From positions 62,001 through 126,000 of the forward strand of contig MU005979.1 in NCBI GenBank assembly GCA_010093745.1: a stretch of DNA of 64,000 bases, read 5' to 3'. Under the pieces are notes generated by a model, which saw only the letters and a list, made by a program, of their open reading frames with translations, searched no databases and was not told where the DNA came from. Shown piece after piece: positions 34,269-45,551 of this stretch (position 1 is the stretch's first letter; every line of letters starts with the position of its first letter). Source of the stretch: Piedraia hortae CBS 480.64. Taxonomy: Eukaryota. The translations under genes and the position numbers were made by a program.

Positions 34269-35504
34269 ATGGCCGCGTCCTTGTCGTATCTAGAAGAGCG
34301 ACTGCGTGAGCGGCGCCTTCGCGATGCCGGCGACCACGACTCGCCAGGAAAGGAAAGCACGGTAGCGTCACGTGAACGTGAGTCGCGTCCGCCGTCCAGC
34401 CGCGCACCGTCGCGGTATTCCGAAGACGCGCACATAGACAAGTTGCAAAAGGCGAATTTCGCGCTGAAGCTCGAGGTCGACCAGCGCCGGTCGCAGACGC
34501 GCGCGTTGCAACACGATAAGACACGTCTGGAGGAGCGCGCCGCCCAGCTCGAGGCCGATAACGCCGAGCTGCTTTCCCTCAATGAGGATCTCGTGGCCGA
34601 ACTGGAGAAGCGGGATGCAGCACTCGAAGAGGCACTTACAGTCATTTGTCGTCTGGAAAAGGAAGCCGGCCCGCCCTCCACAGCCCATGCTGATTCGGGC
34701 TATGGCGCTGCCCCATCTGTTGTGAAAGCCTGGGGAGATCTCGGCGGAGACAGAGGCTCGAGATTGACGCTTAAGGAAAGTCTGCAGACGCTGACGCTCC
34801 GCCACCTGGATTCCGTACGTAGTCTTAAGTCGTTGAGGGAGAGGGACAATGAGGAAGTGAGTCTCGTCTCGCCTCGTCTGAGCGTCCTGAGCGAGTGCAG
34901 CTTTGGCTCTGTTGGGAACTTTGACAGCGGAGCTGCCGTCGATAAAGTCCAGGAATCTTCTAGCGAGAGTCAGAAGAGCATCAACCGGGTGAATCAGTGG
35001 ATGAGAGACAAGCCTGACTCAAGCCTGGCTTATTCTCCTCACACGCCAAGAGCCCAGGCGCCGCCAAGGCCACGGGCGCACTCAGTATCATCTGACGAGA
35101 TTTCTTTTGACTTCCCGGACGGTAACTCCATCATCACAGGGACACCTCGACGACTCGTTATGCGGAAAACTCCGGAGATGCCCAGAACGCTGCCCAAGCA
35201 AAGAGTTTCTCATAGCGTTTCTCCCGAGGTTCCTTCTCGTCCTAAGCAAAGCACTCGATCTGTGACCGTCACACCACTGCCTTCTCAGGCGGTGGAGAGA
35301 CTCACGCCCGAACGCCCAGCATTTGGAAGGGTTGAATCCAGCCCCACTGCCCTCCTTGGCGCGCTGGGAAAGCTTTCGAGGAGAAACACTGGCGTGGCTA
35401 GTGATTCACCACCCCTACCTAGGAGTCTGGGCTCGAAAACTCAGCGGCTGTTTCGACGGTTGAGCGTCGGTCACGGCCAACAGAGGTCGTTTTCTAGTCG
35501 TTGA
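34269..35504 (+). CDS. Centrosomin motif 1 (CM1/Cnn_1N) coiled-coil protein
   Basis: HIDKLQKANFALKLEV matches the CM1 core (L.KENF.LKL). It is followed by coiled coil and an S/P/R-rich disordered tail. First ATG at 34269. Confidence 0.72.
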   Translation: MAASLSYLEERLRERRLRDAGDHDSPGKESTVASRERESRPPSSRAPSRYSEDAHIDKLQKANFALKLEVDQRRSQTRALQHDKTRLEERAAQLEADNAELLSLNEDLVAELEKRDAALEEALTVICRLEKEAGPPSTAHADSGYGAAPSVVKAWGDLGGDRGSRLTLKESLQTLTLRHLDSVRSLKSLRERDNEEVSLVSPRLSVLSECSFGSVGNFDSGAAVDKVQESSSESQKSINRVNQWMRDKPDSSLAYSPHTPRAQAPPRPRAHSVSSDEISFDFPDGNSIITGTPRRLVMRKTPEMPRTLPKQRVSHSVSPEVPSRPKQSTRSVTVTPLPSQAVERLTPERPAFGRVESSPTALLGALGKLSRRNTGVASDSPPLPRSLGSKTQRLFRRLSVGHGQQRSFSSR

Positions 35505-35596
35505 GGTTACGAAATAACGGTCATGTTCTGCTAGGATGTTTACACTTATTTGGGTAGATTTTATGCATTTGTACATTCAAAAATCTCAGAAAAATC

Positions 35597-36610
35597 TCAG
35601 AAGAGGGCCAGCGCGTTTGGCGGAGACGCAACGAGGTTCGGCATGTTGAGCGGTGCACTGGTGAGGAGGAAGGAGTATCTTCTCAACTCTTTGCAGGTCT
35701 TAGCAAGGCGGCTGAGGTCCCAGAGTTCTCCAATCGGACATCCAAACAGGCCCAACATGTACTGATGGAGCGGGAGATCTTGGAGTTTGCCAAGGCTACC
35801 ATCCTCGTTTCGGGGTGGCATCTGTTCCAGCGCCAACATATCTCCAGCCACGGCCGCAAAACGACTATCCCAGATCCACTTCGCCATGGCCTTACCTCCC
35901 CTGATACCACAAGCCTGATGAGCGGACATTGACTTGGCCTGTTCCTCAGCCGAGCGACCATCTAGCGCATCAGTAAACCCCATTCTCACAATAAGCACAT
36001 CACCCGCTCGAAGCTCAACCCCCTGCTTCTTCACCACATCCTCAATAACCTCAACCGAGATATTATGATCTGAGCAAGGATCATATTCAATCCCCTCCTC
36101 CTCCGCGTAGCGTTTATAGTCGACCAAAACCCCCCTCGCCACCAACCCACCCCTCACATGCCAATGATCAATCGTCGGCAGTGCCTTCTCCGACACTTTC
36201 GACTTCTTCAAATCCTCTACCGTCGGCTTCGCACCGTTATACGCACTTTCGGACGGCTGATGGTGGAAATGCACCAAACTATCCCACTGTGACGAACTCT
36301 GGGTATTAATATCCAACTCGTCATCGAACCCCGCCAGGGGCGTTTCCTTTGAATCCCTGAAATTGATTATCCTATGTTCAGCCGGTTTGCGTCCGAAACC
36401 GGGTTTGTGGATTGCGTTCAATGGCCAGTTTAGGGAGACGGAGACGCCGGTTTGGAGTTCAGAATAGGCAGATTTTACCACCGCTGGGGTGAGGTGATTG
36501 AGGGTTCCGTAGACGTCTTTCTGGCCGTCTTTGTCGAATACGCCCCAGGCACAGCCTTCAGGCATGTTTTTCACTGCGGGGAGAGAGTCGAAGTTTGGGA
36601 CGGAGGCCAT
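35597..36610 (-). CDS. Putative cyclase family (kynurenine-formamidase-like) metal-dependent hydrolase
   Basis: AWGVFD..G.KDVYGTLNHLTP, DDELDINTQSSSQWDSLVH, GDVLIVRMG, AVAGD, PIGELWDL and SAPLN...SPPNA motifs. Confidence 0.88.
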   Translation of the reverse strand: MASVPNFDSLPAVKNMPEGCAWGVFDKDGQKDVYGTLNHLTPAVVKSAYSELQTGVSVSLNWPLNAIHKPGFGRKPAEHRIINFRDSKETPLAGFDDELDINTQSSSQWDSLVHFHHQPSESAYNGAKPTVEDLKKSKVSEKALPTIDHWHVRGGLVARGVLVDYKRYAEEEGIEYDPCSDHNISVEVIEDVVKKQGVELRAGDVLIVRMGFTDALDGRSAEEQAKSMSAHQACGIRGGKAMAKWIWDSRFAAVAGDMLALEQMPPRNEDGSLGKLQDLPLHQYMLGLFGCPIGELWDLSRLAKTCKELRRYSFLLTSAPLNMPNLVASPPNALALF

Positions 36611-37649
36611 GGTTGGGTGAGTTGTTCGTCCATCTCCTTAGGTTATATGGCGGTGAGGGGTCGGGTGGGGGAGGCTGATGTCATGCCTAGATCCGAGGTT
36701 TTGGTGGTCGGTTAATTTGAAGTTTACTGTCGTAACGGGAGGGTTCATAGATGGGGCTAGTTGGTGGGAGAGCATACATCTATGAGGTTTGCTCGTGTGA
36801 ACATTGATATTTCTTATACGTGGATCGTGGCAACTGATCCACGCAAATTAACAAAGGTCTTGCAAGAGCACCTAAATACTTTGTACATTAGAACACACCC
36901 CATTTAGGGAAATAAGTCGACCAATTAATCTGCACGCAGAGGAAGGGTGCGAGTGCATTCATATCAATTGACGATAAGCTTCTTCCCCATCGGCTAACTC
37001 TCCAATGAATACACCCAGTCCAGTGATACTTTTCGGGGCTGGTCCCACTTCTAATGATCTGTTCTGGAGTTCTCTTCTCCCAATGCCATGCCTATTCACA
37101 TTCATCACGCTGTCCTGGCTGCTACATGGTTCTTCTTACTGATGTTTATGGATGAAGGGATGCAAGAGGATGCACCATCCATTTGGTTGGGAACATGCCC
37201 ATAATTGAGCCCGCGGCACTCAGAGGAGGAAGATGGAACATTCTCATTTGCTGTTGACTAGTAATTCTACATACTCAAAACACTCAAAACACGATCAACA
37301 CTTCGTCTTCAGCTGTCTGTTCTGCGTTAGCAGGGGACTGCTGTGCGTCGGGGATGGCTGTGCACTTGTCCCATACAGAGGCAGCCCCAAGGCAGTCTTC
37401 AATTCCGCCCTGATTGTTGTTACGTTTTGACGTAAATGTCGCGTGCTGGGTCTGGTTTTAAGGTGGTCAAGGCCGCTGTCAAGGCCTCGAGCCAGAGCCG
37501 AGATCAGCTTGACGGTACAACTAGTGGCTTAACTCAGTAATTTCACTCGACACCAAGTTCCGAGCTCAGTTGATCTAATCAGTGGAGTATCACTTGAAAA
37601 GATTGTGATCATTATTTCATGGTTCCCAAGTGTAATCCGTGGGTTTTTG

Positions 37650-38350
37650 CGGTCAGCGAAGCAGTTCTTCCATCATCACCTTGGCCAGAAACTGTTCGTC
37701 TACGTTGCCTGGCTCTGGCAGTACAGGCTGACTCCCAGGCGGGATTCATTGCTTGCCCTGATTGAGCTTGAGGGCGTGTTTCAGTTCCACCTTGCAAATT
37801 GTACATTCGGCAGAAGAGTAAGGGAAATTTCCGCATTTGACTTGTCATTACCTTCGCCCAGCTCGCTCACACGCCCAGGAGGTGTGAAGTTTCATGCAAG
37901 TTGGACACACCCGGGTGAGGTGCTGCGTTTTTGAAAACCAGACCGTCCTGGCTCGTGGATAGGCCGTTCGCGAAAATTGCTCCCATGAGGGGCATGATAA
38001 TAAGGAGGTTGTAAATCTCGCTCATTGGACAGAGGAAGACCAGGTCAAAAGTATACCCTAACAAGGACAGCATGGGCATGTCTGCGACCATCGTGAGGGA
38101 GAGCCGGACGGCATCAGAATCGCAGTATGTAAGGTTGACGTTCATAATTGCGCTGATGGAACAGAACAGCATTGCTGTGGCAAGCGTAAACGGTCTACCA
38201 TCGCTGTAGCAAGCGGTCACTGGCTTCCACTTGATGAAGGGTAGCAGCGCTCAAAGGGGCGATCTTGCTGGTCCTTTTTCAGTCGAGGAATAGTCGACGC
38301 ATCGAGCTGGTCTTCGTCGATTGGACCATAAGTCCAGCCGATGACGTATG
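37650..38350 (-). pseudogene. Possible degenerate zinc-knuckle (gag/ORF1-like) retroelement remnant; boundaries approximate
   Basis: A minus-strand frame around 37760-37910 reads VCPTCMKLHTSWACERAGRR**QVKCGNFPYSSAECTICK, with stops and frameshifts, inside a 2.5-kb gene-free interval. Confidence 0.3.
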
Positions 38351-39131
38351 ATTCTGGCCTTCGCCGACGGGTGCAGTCATTCTGGTAGATGACAAATCGC
38401 GCTCGTTTTTGACGCTTGGAAACTTGTTGTAAGAGTGCACATTGAGAGCAAAAGGAGAGTGATCTTCGTGGTTTGCCTGAAATTGGTGGTAAAGGAGAGA
38501 GCAGGGGCTGATGGAGTACAAGAGAAAGTGGTTGAGAGAAAGATCAGAAATGAGTGTGATTCCTAAGTGGGTTCCTCTTGGCGCCAGTGATTAGCGTTGC
38601 GCTAGCGTCCCCCACTTGCGGATGATTTCAAAGTGACGTCGTGAACATCCGCCTATGGTGAGACATCAAGCAAGTGCCCTGACTCTCCAACGCTCAGCAA
38701 TTTTCTTCATGACTCGCGATCCGAATCATGTATGCCGCTCTGCTCGTATTTTTAACTGATCGCTTCGGCATCCACTATCAATGCATGGCCACACGACGTT
38801 TTATATCTCATGAGCACACGAAGACCAAATCGTGAGGGAGCACGAACCTCTGGGACTGAACCTTGTATGTAAACCAACTGCAGGGCCATGGACTCAGTTG
38901 GCATGTGCTCTCGGGGCGGAAACTTCGATACTAGACCTGTAGTGTCAACTGCAAACCTCGGCCGGGGCGTTGTACAGACTACAAACTCTAGCTGAGCACA
39001 CAATGTGTCTACTCCTCGACTCTTTAAAAACCTTGACATACTGCCGGGAAACAAAAGCTCAAATACAACTCCCTATCTAACTCTCACACATCCAAACTCC
39101 CTATTCAAATCCCTTACATCACCCCAACACC

Positions 39132-41897
39132 CTAGATAGTCCAATACTCACCTCCCCCCAACGCAGCCGCAAAAGCAAGATACCAAGTCCTACTCGCACC
39201 TGAATCAAGATAACTCTGCTCCAACCCATCCCCACTAAAAAATGCATAACTTGTCTTGGGATCCACAATCGCCAAATTCGCCATAAGTATCCCTCTCCAC
39301 CCTCCCTCAACCGTATCCACAGGCTGAATACCCCCTTGCCCAAAATATGCATCCCAATCTTGCTTCACAAACTCTGTGGAGCGGATATACGTACTGAACG
39401 GCATGAGGGGGAGCATGTGTATTCCCTGGACATACTGCGGCGTTCCACCGAAGAAAGTTGCATGGTCAATTTTGTTTTCGAATAAAATCCCCGCGACTTT
39501 GTTGGGGATGAAGGAGGCGGGTTCGATGGTGTTGTTGGAGGTGTAGAGGAAGTATTTGTTGAGGCTGTTGGCTTGGATGGCGAGAATGAGGTTCCCACGG
39601 GCTTCCATGGCGGTGTTGTTGGTTACCCAGCCCCACATTTTCATGGCGAAGATCGACATGGTGTCTTCGCTGGAGGATTCTTGGTTGGTCCCGTCGGTGG
39701 AGGGTTCCAGCCCGTGGGCCCAGGAGTGCCCGTGAAACCAGTCGAAGTTGCGCGAGAAGGGGAAGTAAGGATCCGAGGTAATGGGGTTGGCGTAGTCGCG
39801 GATGAGGGCATTGACCCAAGCTTGGTTGGTTTCGATCCACTTTGGGTCGAGGTAGCCGATTACGGCCGCGGCGTAGACGAAATAGCCGTAGTGGAAGTGA
39901 TGGTCGTTGTAAAAGGTGTTGCCAAAGTCACAGCCGCTGTCCCCACTGCCGTACGAGCATTGGCTGACGGCTCCGCCCCAGACTGAATCGTAGACTAGAG
40001 GGAAGGACATGTTGTTGTTGACGTGCATGGCAAAAGCGTCTTGAAGAGTTTTCAAGCCGGCTAATGCCAGGGAAGCGTTCTTGCCAATGTCGTGGGCCAC
40101 GTAGCAAATGGCTGCAAACTTGGCCAGGGCCTTGCCGTCGTAGTAAAGGCTTCCGGTCATGGATTGCTTGGTCATGTTCTGCGATAACTCGGCCAGCCCA
40201 GCGTCGTTGATTGTGGTAAGGGCCGAGTCGGGCACAGCGGCTTTGAGATCACCTTTTCCAGGTGCCCACGGCGCGAAGCCCATGTCAATTGGCAGATTAG
40301 ACTCGACAAGCGTCCAAGAGTCGGCACACACAGCGCTGGCATACCCCTTGGTCGTCGTTGCGAGCTGGACATTCTTCATCTTGCCCTTTGTACCATCATC
40401 GAAAGTGTCTTGATGATGGGGCAGAGCCCACATCAACAACGGTCGATTGGTAATGCCCTGCTTGGTCCAAGAGAACGTGTATGAGCCGGCAGCCTTGTCT
40501 ACGGAGGCAGTCAGGTTAGCGCTGACAGGGTAAACGCCAGCCGTCTCGTCATACACAGACTCGGCATCAGAAGCTTCGTCTGGGACCTTGACAAGCTGAA
40601 TATAGCCGTGAAAGTCAGAAGGTCCCTGAACCTTAGTCGCGTTGAGCAGCGTAAATGCATTTTCCTGATACGAGCTCACTTTGGGGACGACGTAGATTAG
40701 CCAACTGCCACCGTTATTCTGCAAATGTGTGCGGTACTTGAATATCGCCCCGTCAGAGAGTGGACCGACGTAGGTGATGTTGTCAAACCCGTGGCCGCTT
40801 TGCAGCAATGGAGTGCCACCGTGATAGAGCCCAGTCACCATGCCCATTCCCTGCAAAACGGGAAAAGTGAGGGTCGGTGATGAAGCTCCACTAGGTACCA
40901 GATTAACACTGACCGAAAACGCTTGCAACGAGACCGTCGTCAAGGACGTGCCGGGCCCGAGTTCGGCAGCTGACAAGATGACATGCTCCGTGTTCAATGG
41001 AGCCTCGAAATAACTCGCATTTCCCGCATGCTTAGTCTTATCAGACGGTCCATATTGCAGAGATGACCGGTTAAACTGAGTCACGGCCAAACCCCAAGTG
41101 CCGCTGTTGCTCGTCCCACCGCCCCATGCGAGCGAATATGGATGAGTCCAAGACGGCGCCTTTTGGTCTCCGAGGAAGAAGTTTGAATAAAAATTGTTCG
41201 TCTGGAGCTTCTGCGTCTGTTGCTTGATACCCAGCGGCTTCACGGGATGATCGTTCCTGACACTCCACTGAGACGGAGGCGGATTGGTATCAATTGCCTG
41301 GAAGATGTCACTAGCGGACACGCCAGAGACATAAGGTGACGCCGTGGGACCAAGTCCACTGGTCGAATTTGGAAGCAGAGACAGAGACGTGGATGCTGTG
41401 GGCACAACGGTCGCAAATGGCACTGATGAGTTGCCAGAAACCGAAGGCTCAAAAGAACCCGCTATGTTAGAAACTGACTGGGTGGCACTCTGCACGTCGT
41501 GTGGGCTAAGCGTTGTCAGGCTAGAGGCAAGAGACGTCTGTGTAGCCAAACCAGACGCCGTGACCACAACCACTACCGTCTTTCGAATGGTACCGGTCAT
41601 GGTAGAGCGAACAGTCGAAGTCGGTCTGGGAGTGCATGGCGATGAAGAGGAGCTCGCTACTTCAGAGGTTCCCTCAGTTGCTGCTTTTGCAGGGCTGGAA
41701 GCCACGCCAGGCACCTGGGCCTGGCCATCGCCTATTTGGTAGGCGTTTGCAGGCTGAGAAGGATCTCTACGTAGGACGTGGCCATGTCTACGTAATACCA
41801 CAAGCGGATGTGCAGCACTGGGAAAGCCCTGTAAGAGAGAGATTAGCCAAAAGAAGGTGAAAATTTCCCCCAAGGGGCTTTGTCTGCGGCCGCCCAT
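39132..41897 (-). CDS. Endo-1,3-beta-glucanase, glycoside hydrolase family 81 (Eng1-like), secreted
   Basis: Hydrophobic signal-like segment and S/T-rich stalk. Motifs QTNNFYSNFFLG, YYDGKALAKFA, DFGNTFYNDHHFHYGY, FDWFHGHSWA, QESSSED and GILFENK. First ATG at 41897. Confidence 0.94.
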   Translation of the reverse strand: MGGRRQSPLGEIFTFFWLISLLQGFPSAAHPLVVLRRHGHVLRRDPSQPANAYQIGDGQAQVPGVASSPAKAATEGTSEVASSSSSPCTPRPTSTVRSTMTGTIRKTVVVVVTASGLATQTSLASSLTTLSPHDVQSATQSVSNIAGSFEPSVSGNSSVPFATVVPTASTSLSLLPNSTSGLGPTASPYVSGVSASDIFQAIDTNPPPSQWSVRNDHPVKPLGIKQQTQKLQTNNFYSNFFLGDQKAPSWTHPYSLAWGGGTSNSGTWGLAVTQFNRSSLQYGPSDKTKHAGNASYFEAPLNTEHVILSAAELGPGTSLTTVSLQAFSVSVNLVPSGASSPTLTFPVLQGMGMVTGLYHGGTPLLQSGHGFDNITYVGPLSDGAIFKYRTHLQNNGGSWLIYVVPKVSSYQENAFTLLNATKVQGPSDFHGYIQLVKVPDEASDAESVYDETAGVYPVSANLTASVDKAAGSYTFSWTKQGITNRPLLMWALPHHQDTFDDGTKGKMKNVQLATTTKGYASAVCADSWTLVESNLPIDMGFAPWAPGKGDLKAAVPDSALTTINDAGLAELSQNMTKQSMTGSLYYDGKALAKFAAICYVAHDIGKNASLALAGLKTLQDAFAMHVNNNMSFPLVYDSVWGGAVSQCSYGSGDSGCDFGNTFYNDHHFHYGYFVYAAAVIGYLDPKWIETNQAWVNALIRDYANPITSDPYFPFSRNFDWFHGHSWAHGLEPSTDGTNQESSSEDTMSIFAMKMWGWVTNNTAMEARGNLILAIQANSLNKYFLYTSNNTIEPASFIPNKVAGILFENKIDHATFFGGTPQYVQGIHMLPLMPFSTYIRSTEFVKQDWDAYFGQGGIQPVDTVEGGWRGILMANLAIVDPKTSYAFFSGDGLEQSYLDSGASRTWYLAFAAALGGGEYWTI

Positions 41898-42638
41898 GGT
41901 TGCCCAGGCAGACGGAACCGCAACGGGAAGGGGGTTTGTACGTTCCTTTGCGTCGATCAAATGTCCCTGTGATGGATGGTAATCACCGGGCTGGTGGCGT
42001 TTGAATATCCTTCCCAGGGATTTCTCGAATCACGCATGGAAATCAGCAGAAAGGATGTCTGTGGCGGCAGGGGAGACATGATGATATGATACTGGGATAC
42101 GTAGGAATGGCTGATGGGGTAATAACCACAATGTCTTGGTTCTGTAGTAACAGAGGAATGTATGCACATTGTTGCGGCCGAACGACAGTTCACACCATGT
42201 TCCTTGCCGTTTCCGGGCACAGGCATGTTGGTTGCACTCGAGGTTTGGTCGAATCTCCGAAGAGAGGATGTGGCCAGTCGTTTGTGCGCCTGACAAGCCT
42301 CTGAAACATAGCCAGGAAGTCTTCTTTGTTTTGGGCAGCCACATAATTCTTGCCTCAGGTTTGATACACGTTTACTGTATGTGACGGTACTTGTACTACC
42401 GTCTCTCAGCATCACTGTTCAATCCGCAAGTTGGCATTATGTGGAAGCCATTGTTCGGTCGTCATTAGAAGTCATCAGGGACTTTTTGAAGTCATTCATC
42501 ATCTGATTGCCTTTGCAACTCTTCGCTAGAGGTCGTCAGGAGACGGGCTCACCTCCCGAATAGGCAATATGGTTACAGTTACTTATACACGCTCACCATA
42601 CTTTTTCTCAGTCATGCACGCTCTATACTTTACCCCTA

Positions 42639-45551
42639 TCATACACGCACACTAGACTTTTCCTCAACCACCTCCCTACACCGGGTACATAACGCACCAC
42701 TATCCACTTCCAGCTGCGGAACAGTGTATTGCCAGCAACGAGGACATTTGCCCCCATCTGGCGGCAGGATCTGGATCGACTCCAGAGGGCGCGGAGGATC
42801 GTGGGCGGAGAAACACCACTCTTGGGACTCCACAGCATCCGCCACATTCATGACTTGCACTTGGCTTACTACCAGCAATTGCGCCAGTTGAGCCGGATCT
42901 TGCAGCAGAGCGTGCTGCTCGGCATCTACGAGTTGTATGTCGTAAACGATGCGCACTTTACATGCCAATCCGCTTTTCAAATGTCCCGCCCTCCGTGCTT
43001 CCTCTTGTGCTGCCTTGACACAGGTCGAGAGGGAGGTGAAGAATTCAGCCCCCTTGGGCGGCTGTTCAGGGGGTTCTGTAGGCATCATGCACACTTCTTT
43101 CAAGGGATGCAGCGTGGTGGGTTTTGAGGAGAAATGCTCCCAAACTTCCTCGACGAGATGAGGCGTAACGGGCCCGAGGAGTTCCAGTAACTGCAAGGCA
43201 ATTCTGTAGAGAACTGCTAGTTTTTGCATCCGTTCACCTACCCTGCCAGCATAGAGAACGTCTTTGATCGTTTCAAAGTAGAATGCGCTGAGGTCGTGGT
43301 GGATGAGGTCGTTAATGGCCTTGACGCCTTTGTAAAACTCATACTTATCGTATGCTCGTCGAACAGCGAACGATACGGTTTGCATGCGATTTAGGGCCAA
43401 ACGATCAGCAAAATCAGTAGTCGATGGCGGGCTACCATTGTAATTGCTCAACAAGCCTAGTAGCCACTTAAAGGTAACCCGATATTTTTGGAGATTCTGC
43501 TTCACTTCCTGCAGCTGCTGCGTGGAAAGCGAAATGTCGTGAGTGTAATCTGCTGACGCAACCCACAGACGCAGAGAGTCTGGGCCCAGACTGTCGTGAT
43601 TCCGACCCTTTTTAGGCTTGGGAAGCAGGGTTCCGTCGATGATTTCCTGCGGCGACACGACGTTTCCTATACTTTTGCTCATCTTTTTCCCTTGGCTGTC
43701 GAGAACAAAGCCATGGGTGATTAACTTTGCATAAGGCGCACGCGTTGGGTCGACGGCGATGCGTGTGAGAAGAGTACTCTGGAACCAGCCTCGATGCTGA
43801 TCTGTTCCCTCAACAACCACATCGCACAATGGCCGTCGGTCCTGGTCTTCCAGCGTGGTCCAAGTCGTACCGGAATCGAACCAGACGTCCATGGTATCTT
43901 TTCCTCTGATCCATTTTCCTCTTTCCAGCGAAGAGTGTAGCCATGCCGCATCGTCTTCGGCATCACCAAACCAGGCATCTATGCCTCTCTGCCTTAGCAC
44001 TGCGATTATGTGTTGGATGCTGGCGTCGGAGATATTCGCCTCGCCAGCCTCTTTATGATAGAGGACGGGAATCGGTACTCCCCAAGTTCTTTGTCGTGAG
44101 ATACACCACTGGCTCCTGCCCATCAAGAATGAGTCTAGCCGCGTTCTGGCAGTGGGCGGTATCATCTGCACATTCTCGAGAGACTCGCGGGCAGGCTGCT
44201 GCAGGGCCGAGACATCTGCAAACCACTGGGCAGTTGCTCGTATGATTACGGGCTGTTTCGTTCGCCAATCAATTGGGTACTTGTGGGTGAAGTCGTGAGA
44301 CGCCCACAACAGGCCAGCACTGCAGGAGGGCAGCTGATCAGGCAACATATCAGTCACATCCGAGCTCAGTAGATCAAGCACGGCTTCCGAGCCTTTAGTC
44401 TGCGCATCCAAGCCGCCGAACGGGACTCCATGAGCCTGACGCGGAAACACATCATCAGTATAGCAACCTGCATCATCCACAGGGGCAAAAGCAGGCCCTA
44501 TGCCGTTGTTCTCGCAGAGATGGTAGTCATCCATGCCATGACCAGGCGCAATGTGCACCAATCCCGTTCCCGACGTCGAAGTGACAAAGTCCGCCGAGAG
44601 CAAAGGCGATTCCGTCCCTTGAAAGAGATTATAGCAAGTTGCCTGACCATCCGCGAGTTCTGCCCCCTTAAAAACACCCGGGAGCACATCACACAAAATA
44701 TCCCAGCGCAGAAACCCCAAAACATGCTCCAACCTCTCCTTCGCAACCACAACAGCCTCACCCCCAACTTTGACAGCCACATACTCCACATCCCCATGCA
44801 CTGCAACAGCCTTATTCGCCGGTAAAGTCCACGGAGTAGTCGTCCAAACAAGCGCACTTACCCTCCCCCCCAATCCCCTCAACACCCTCGGAAGTTTCAC
44901 AAACGGCAACTTCACAAACGCCGCAGTCGTCCTATGCAGATCATCATACTCCAACTCCGCCTCCGCGAGCGCAGTCCTCGTCGAAGGCGACCAATGCACC
45001 GGTCTAAACCTTCTCGATACCAACCCCCGTCGAACCATCTCTCTAAGAACCCCCAACTGTTGAACCTCAAACCCATGGTCCATAGTCTTATACGGCTCCT
45101 CCCATTCCCCCATGACCCCCCACCCTTTGAAACTAGCTTTCTGCACCTCAACCGTCTCAGAAGCAAGCCCTCTCGCGCGAACTCTTATGTCATCCGCACC
45201 CCCCTCCTGCAACGCTTTAAGTTCAATCGGCAAACCATGACAATCCCACCCAGGTCTGTAGCTCACCCTCCTTCCCTTGCCTACCTCCCACCGCAGGATC
45301 ATATCCTTGAGGATCTTATTAACTGCGTGGCCCATATGGACAGGTCCGTTGGCGTATGGAGGGCCGTCGAGGAGGATGAACGGCTTCCCCTTTCGGGTGG
45401 TCTTCTGCCATGTGTATAAGTCGTCGGAACAGCGACGGCGGTAGGTTTCTAGTTCGGAGAGGGTCGCACGCGCGGGGAAGGTGGTTTTGGGGAGGTGGAG
45501 GGTGTGAGTCCAATTGGTTGAGAGACTGCGTGTGGGGTGGAAGGAGAGCAT
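42639..45551 (-). CDS. ISM1: Isoleucyl-tRNA synthetase, mitochondrial
   Basis: DGPPYANG..HMGH (HIGH motif), GWDCHGLPIE, WTTTPWTLP, WCISRQRTWGVPIP, KMSKS and C-terminal CPRCW...C..C. Short presequence-like N-terminus. Confidence 0.95.
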   Translation of the reverse strand: MLSFHPTRSLSTNWTHTLHLPKTTFPARATLSELETYRRRCSDDLYTWQKTTRKGKPFILLDGPPYANGPVHMGHAVNKILKDMILRWEVGKGRRVSYRPGWDCHGLPIELKALQEGGADDIRVRARGLASETVEVQKASFKGWGVMGEWEEPYKTMDHGFEVQQLGVLREMVRRGLVSRRFRPVHWSPSTRTALAEAELEYDDLHRTTAAFVKLPFVKLPRVLRGLGGRVSALVWTTTPWTLPANKAVAVHGDVEYVAVKVGGEAVVVAKERLEHVLGFLRWDILCDVLPGVFKGAELADGQATCYNLFQGTESPLLSADFVTSTSGTGLVHIAPGHGMDDYHLCENNGIGPAFAPVDDAGCYTDDVFPRQAHGVPFGGLDAQTKGSEAVLDLLSSDVTDMLPDQLPSCSAGLLWASHDFTHKYPIDWRTKQPVIIRATAQWFADVSALQQPARESLENVQMIPPTARTRLDSFLMGRSQWCISRQRTWGVPIPVLYHKEAGEANISDASIQHIIAVLRQRGIDAWFGDAEDDAAWLHSSLERGKWIRGKDTMDVWFDSGTTWTTLEDQDRRPLCDVVVEGTDQHRGWFQSTLLTRIAVDPTRAPYAKLITHGFVLDSQGKKMSKSIGNVVSPQEIIDGTLLPKPKKGRNHDSLGPDSLRLWVASADYTHDISLSTQQLQEVKQNLQKYRVTFKWLLGLLSNYNGSPPSTTDFADRLALNRMQTVSFAVRRAYDKYEFYKGVKAINDLIHHDLSAFYFETIKDVLYAGRVGERMQKLAVLYRIALQLLELLGPVTPHLVEEVWEHFSSKPTTLHPLKEVCMMPTEPPEQPPKGAEFFTSLSTCVKAAQEEARRAGHLKSGLACKVRIVYDIQLVDAEQHALLQDPAQLAQLLVVSQVQVMNVADAVESQEWCFSAHDPPRPLESIQILPPDGGKCPRCWQYTVPQLEVDSGALCTRCREVVEEKSSVRV

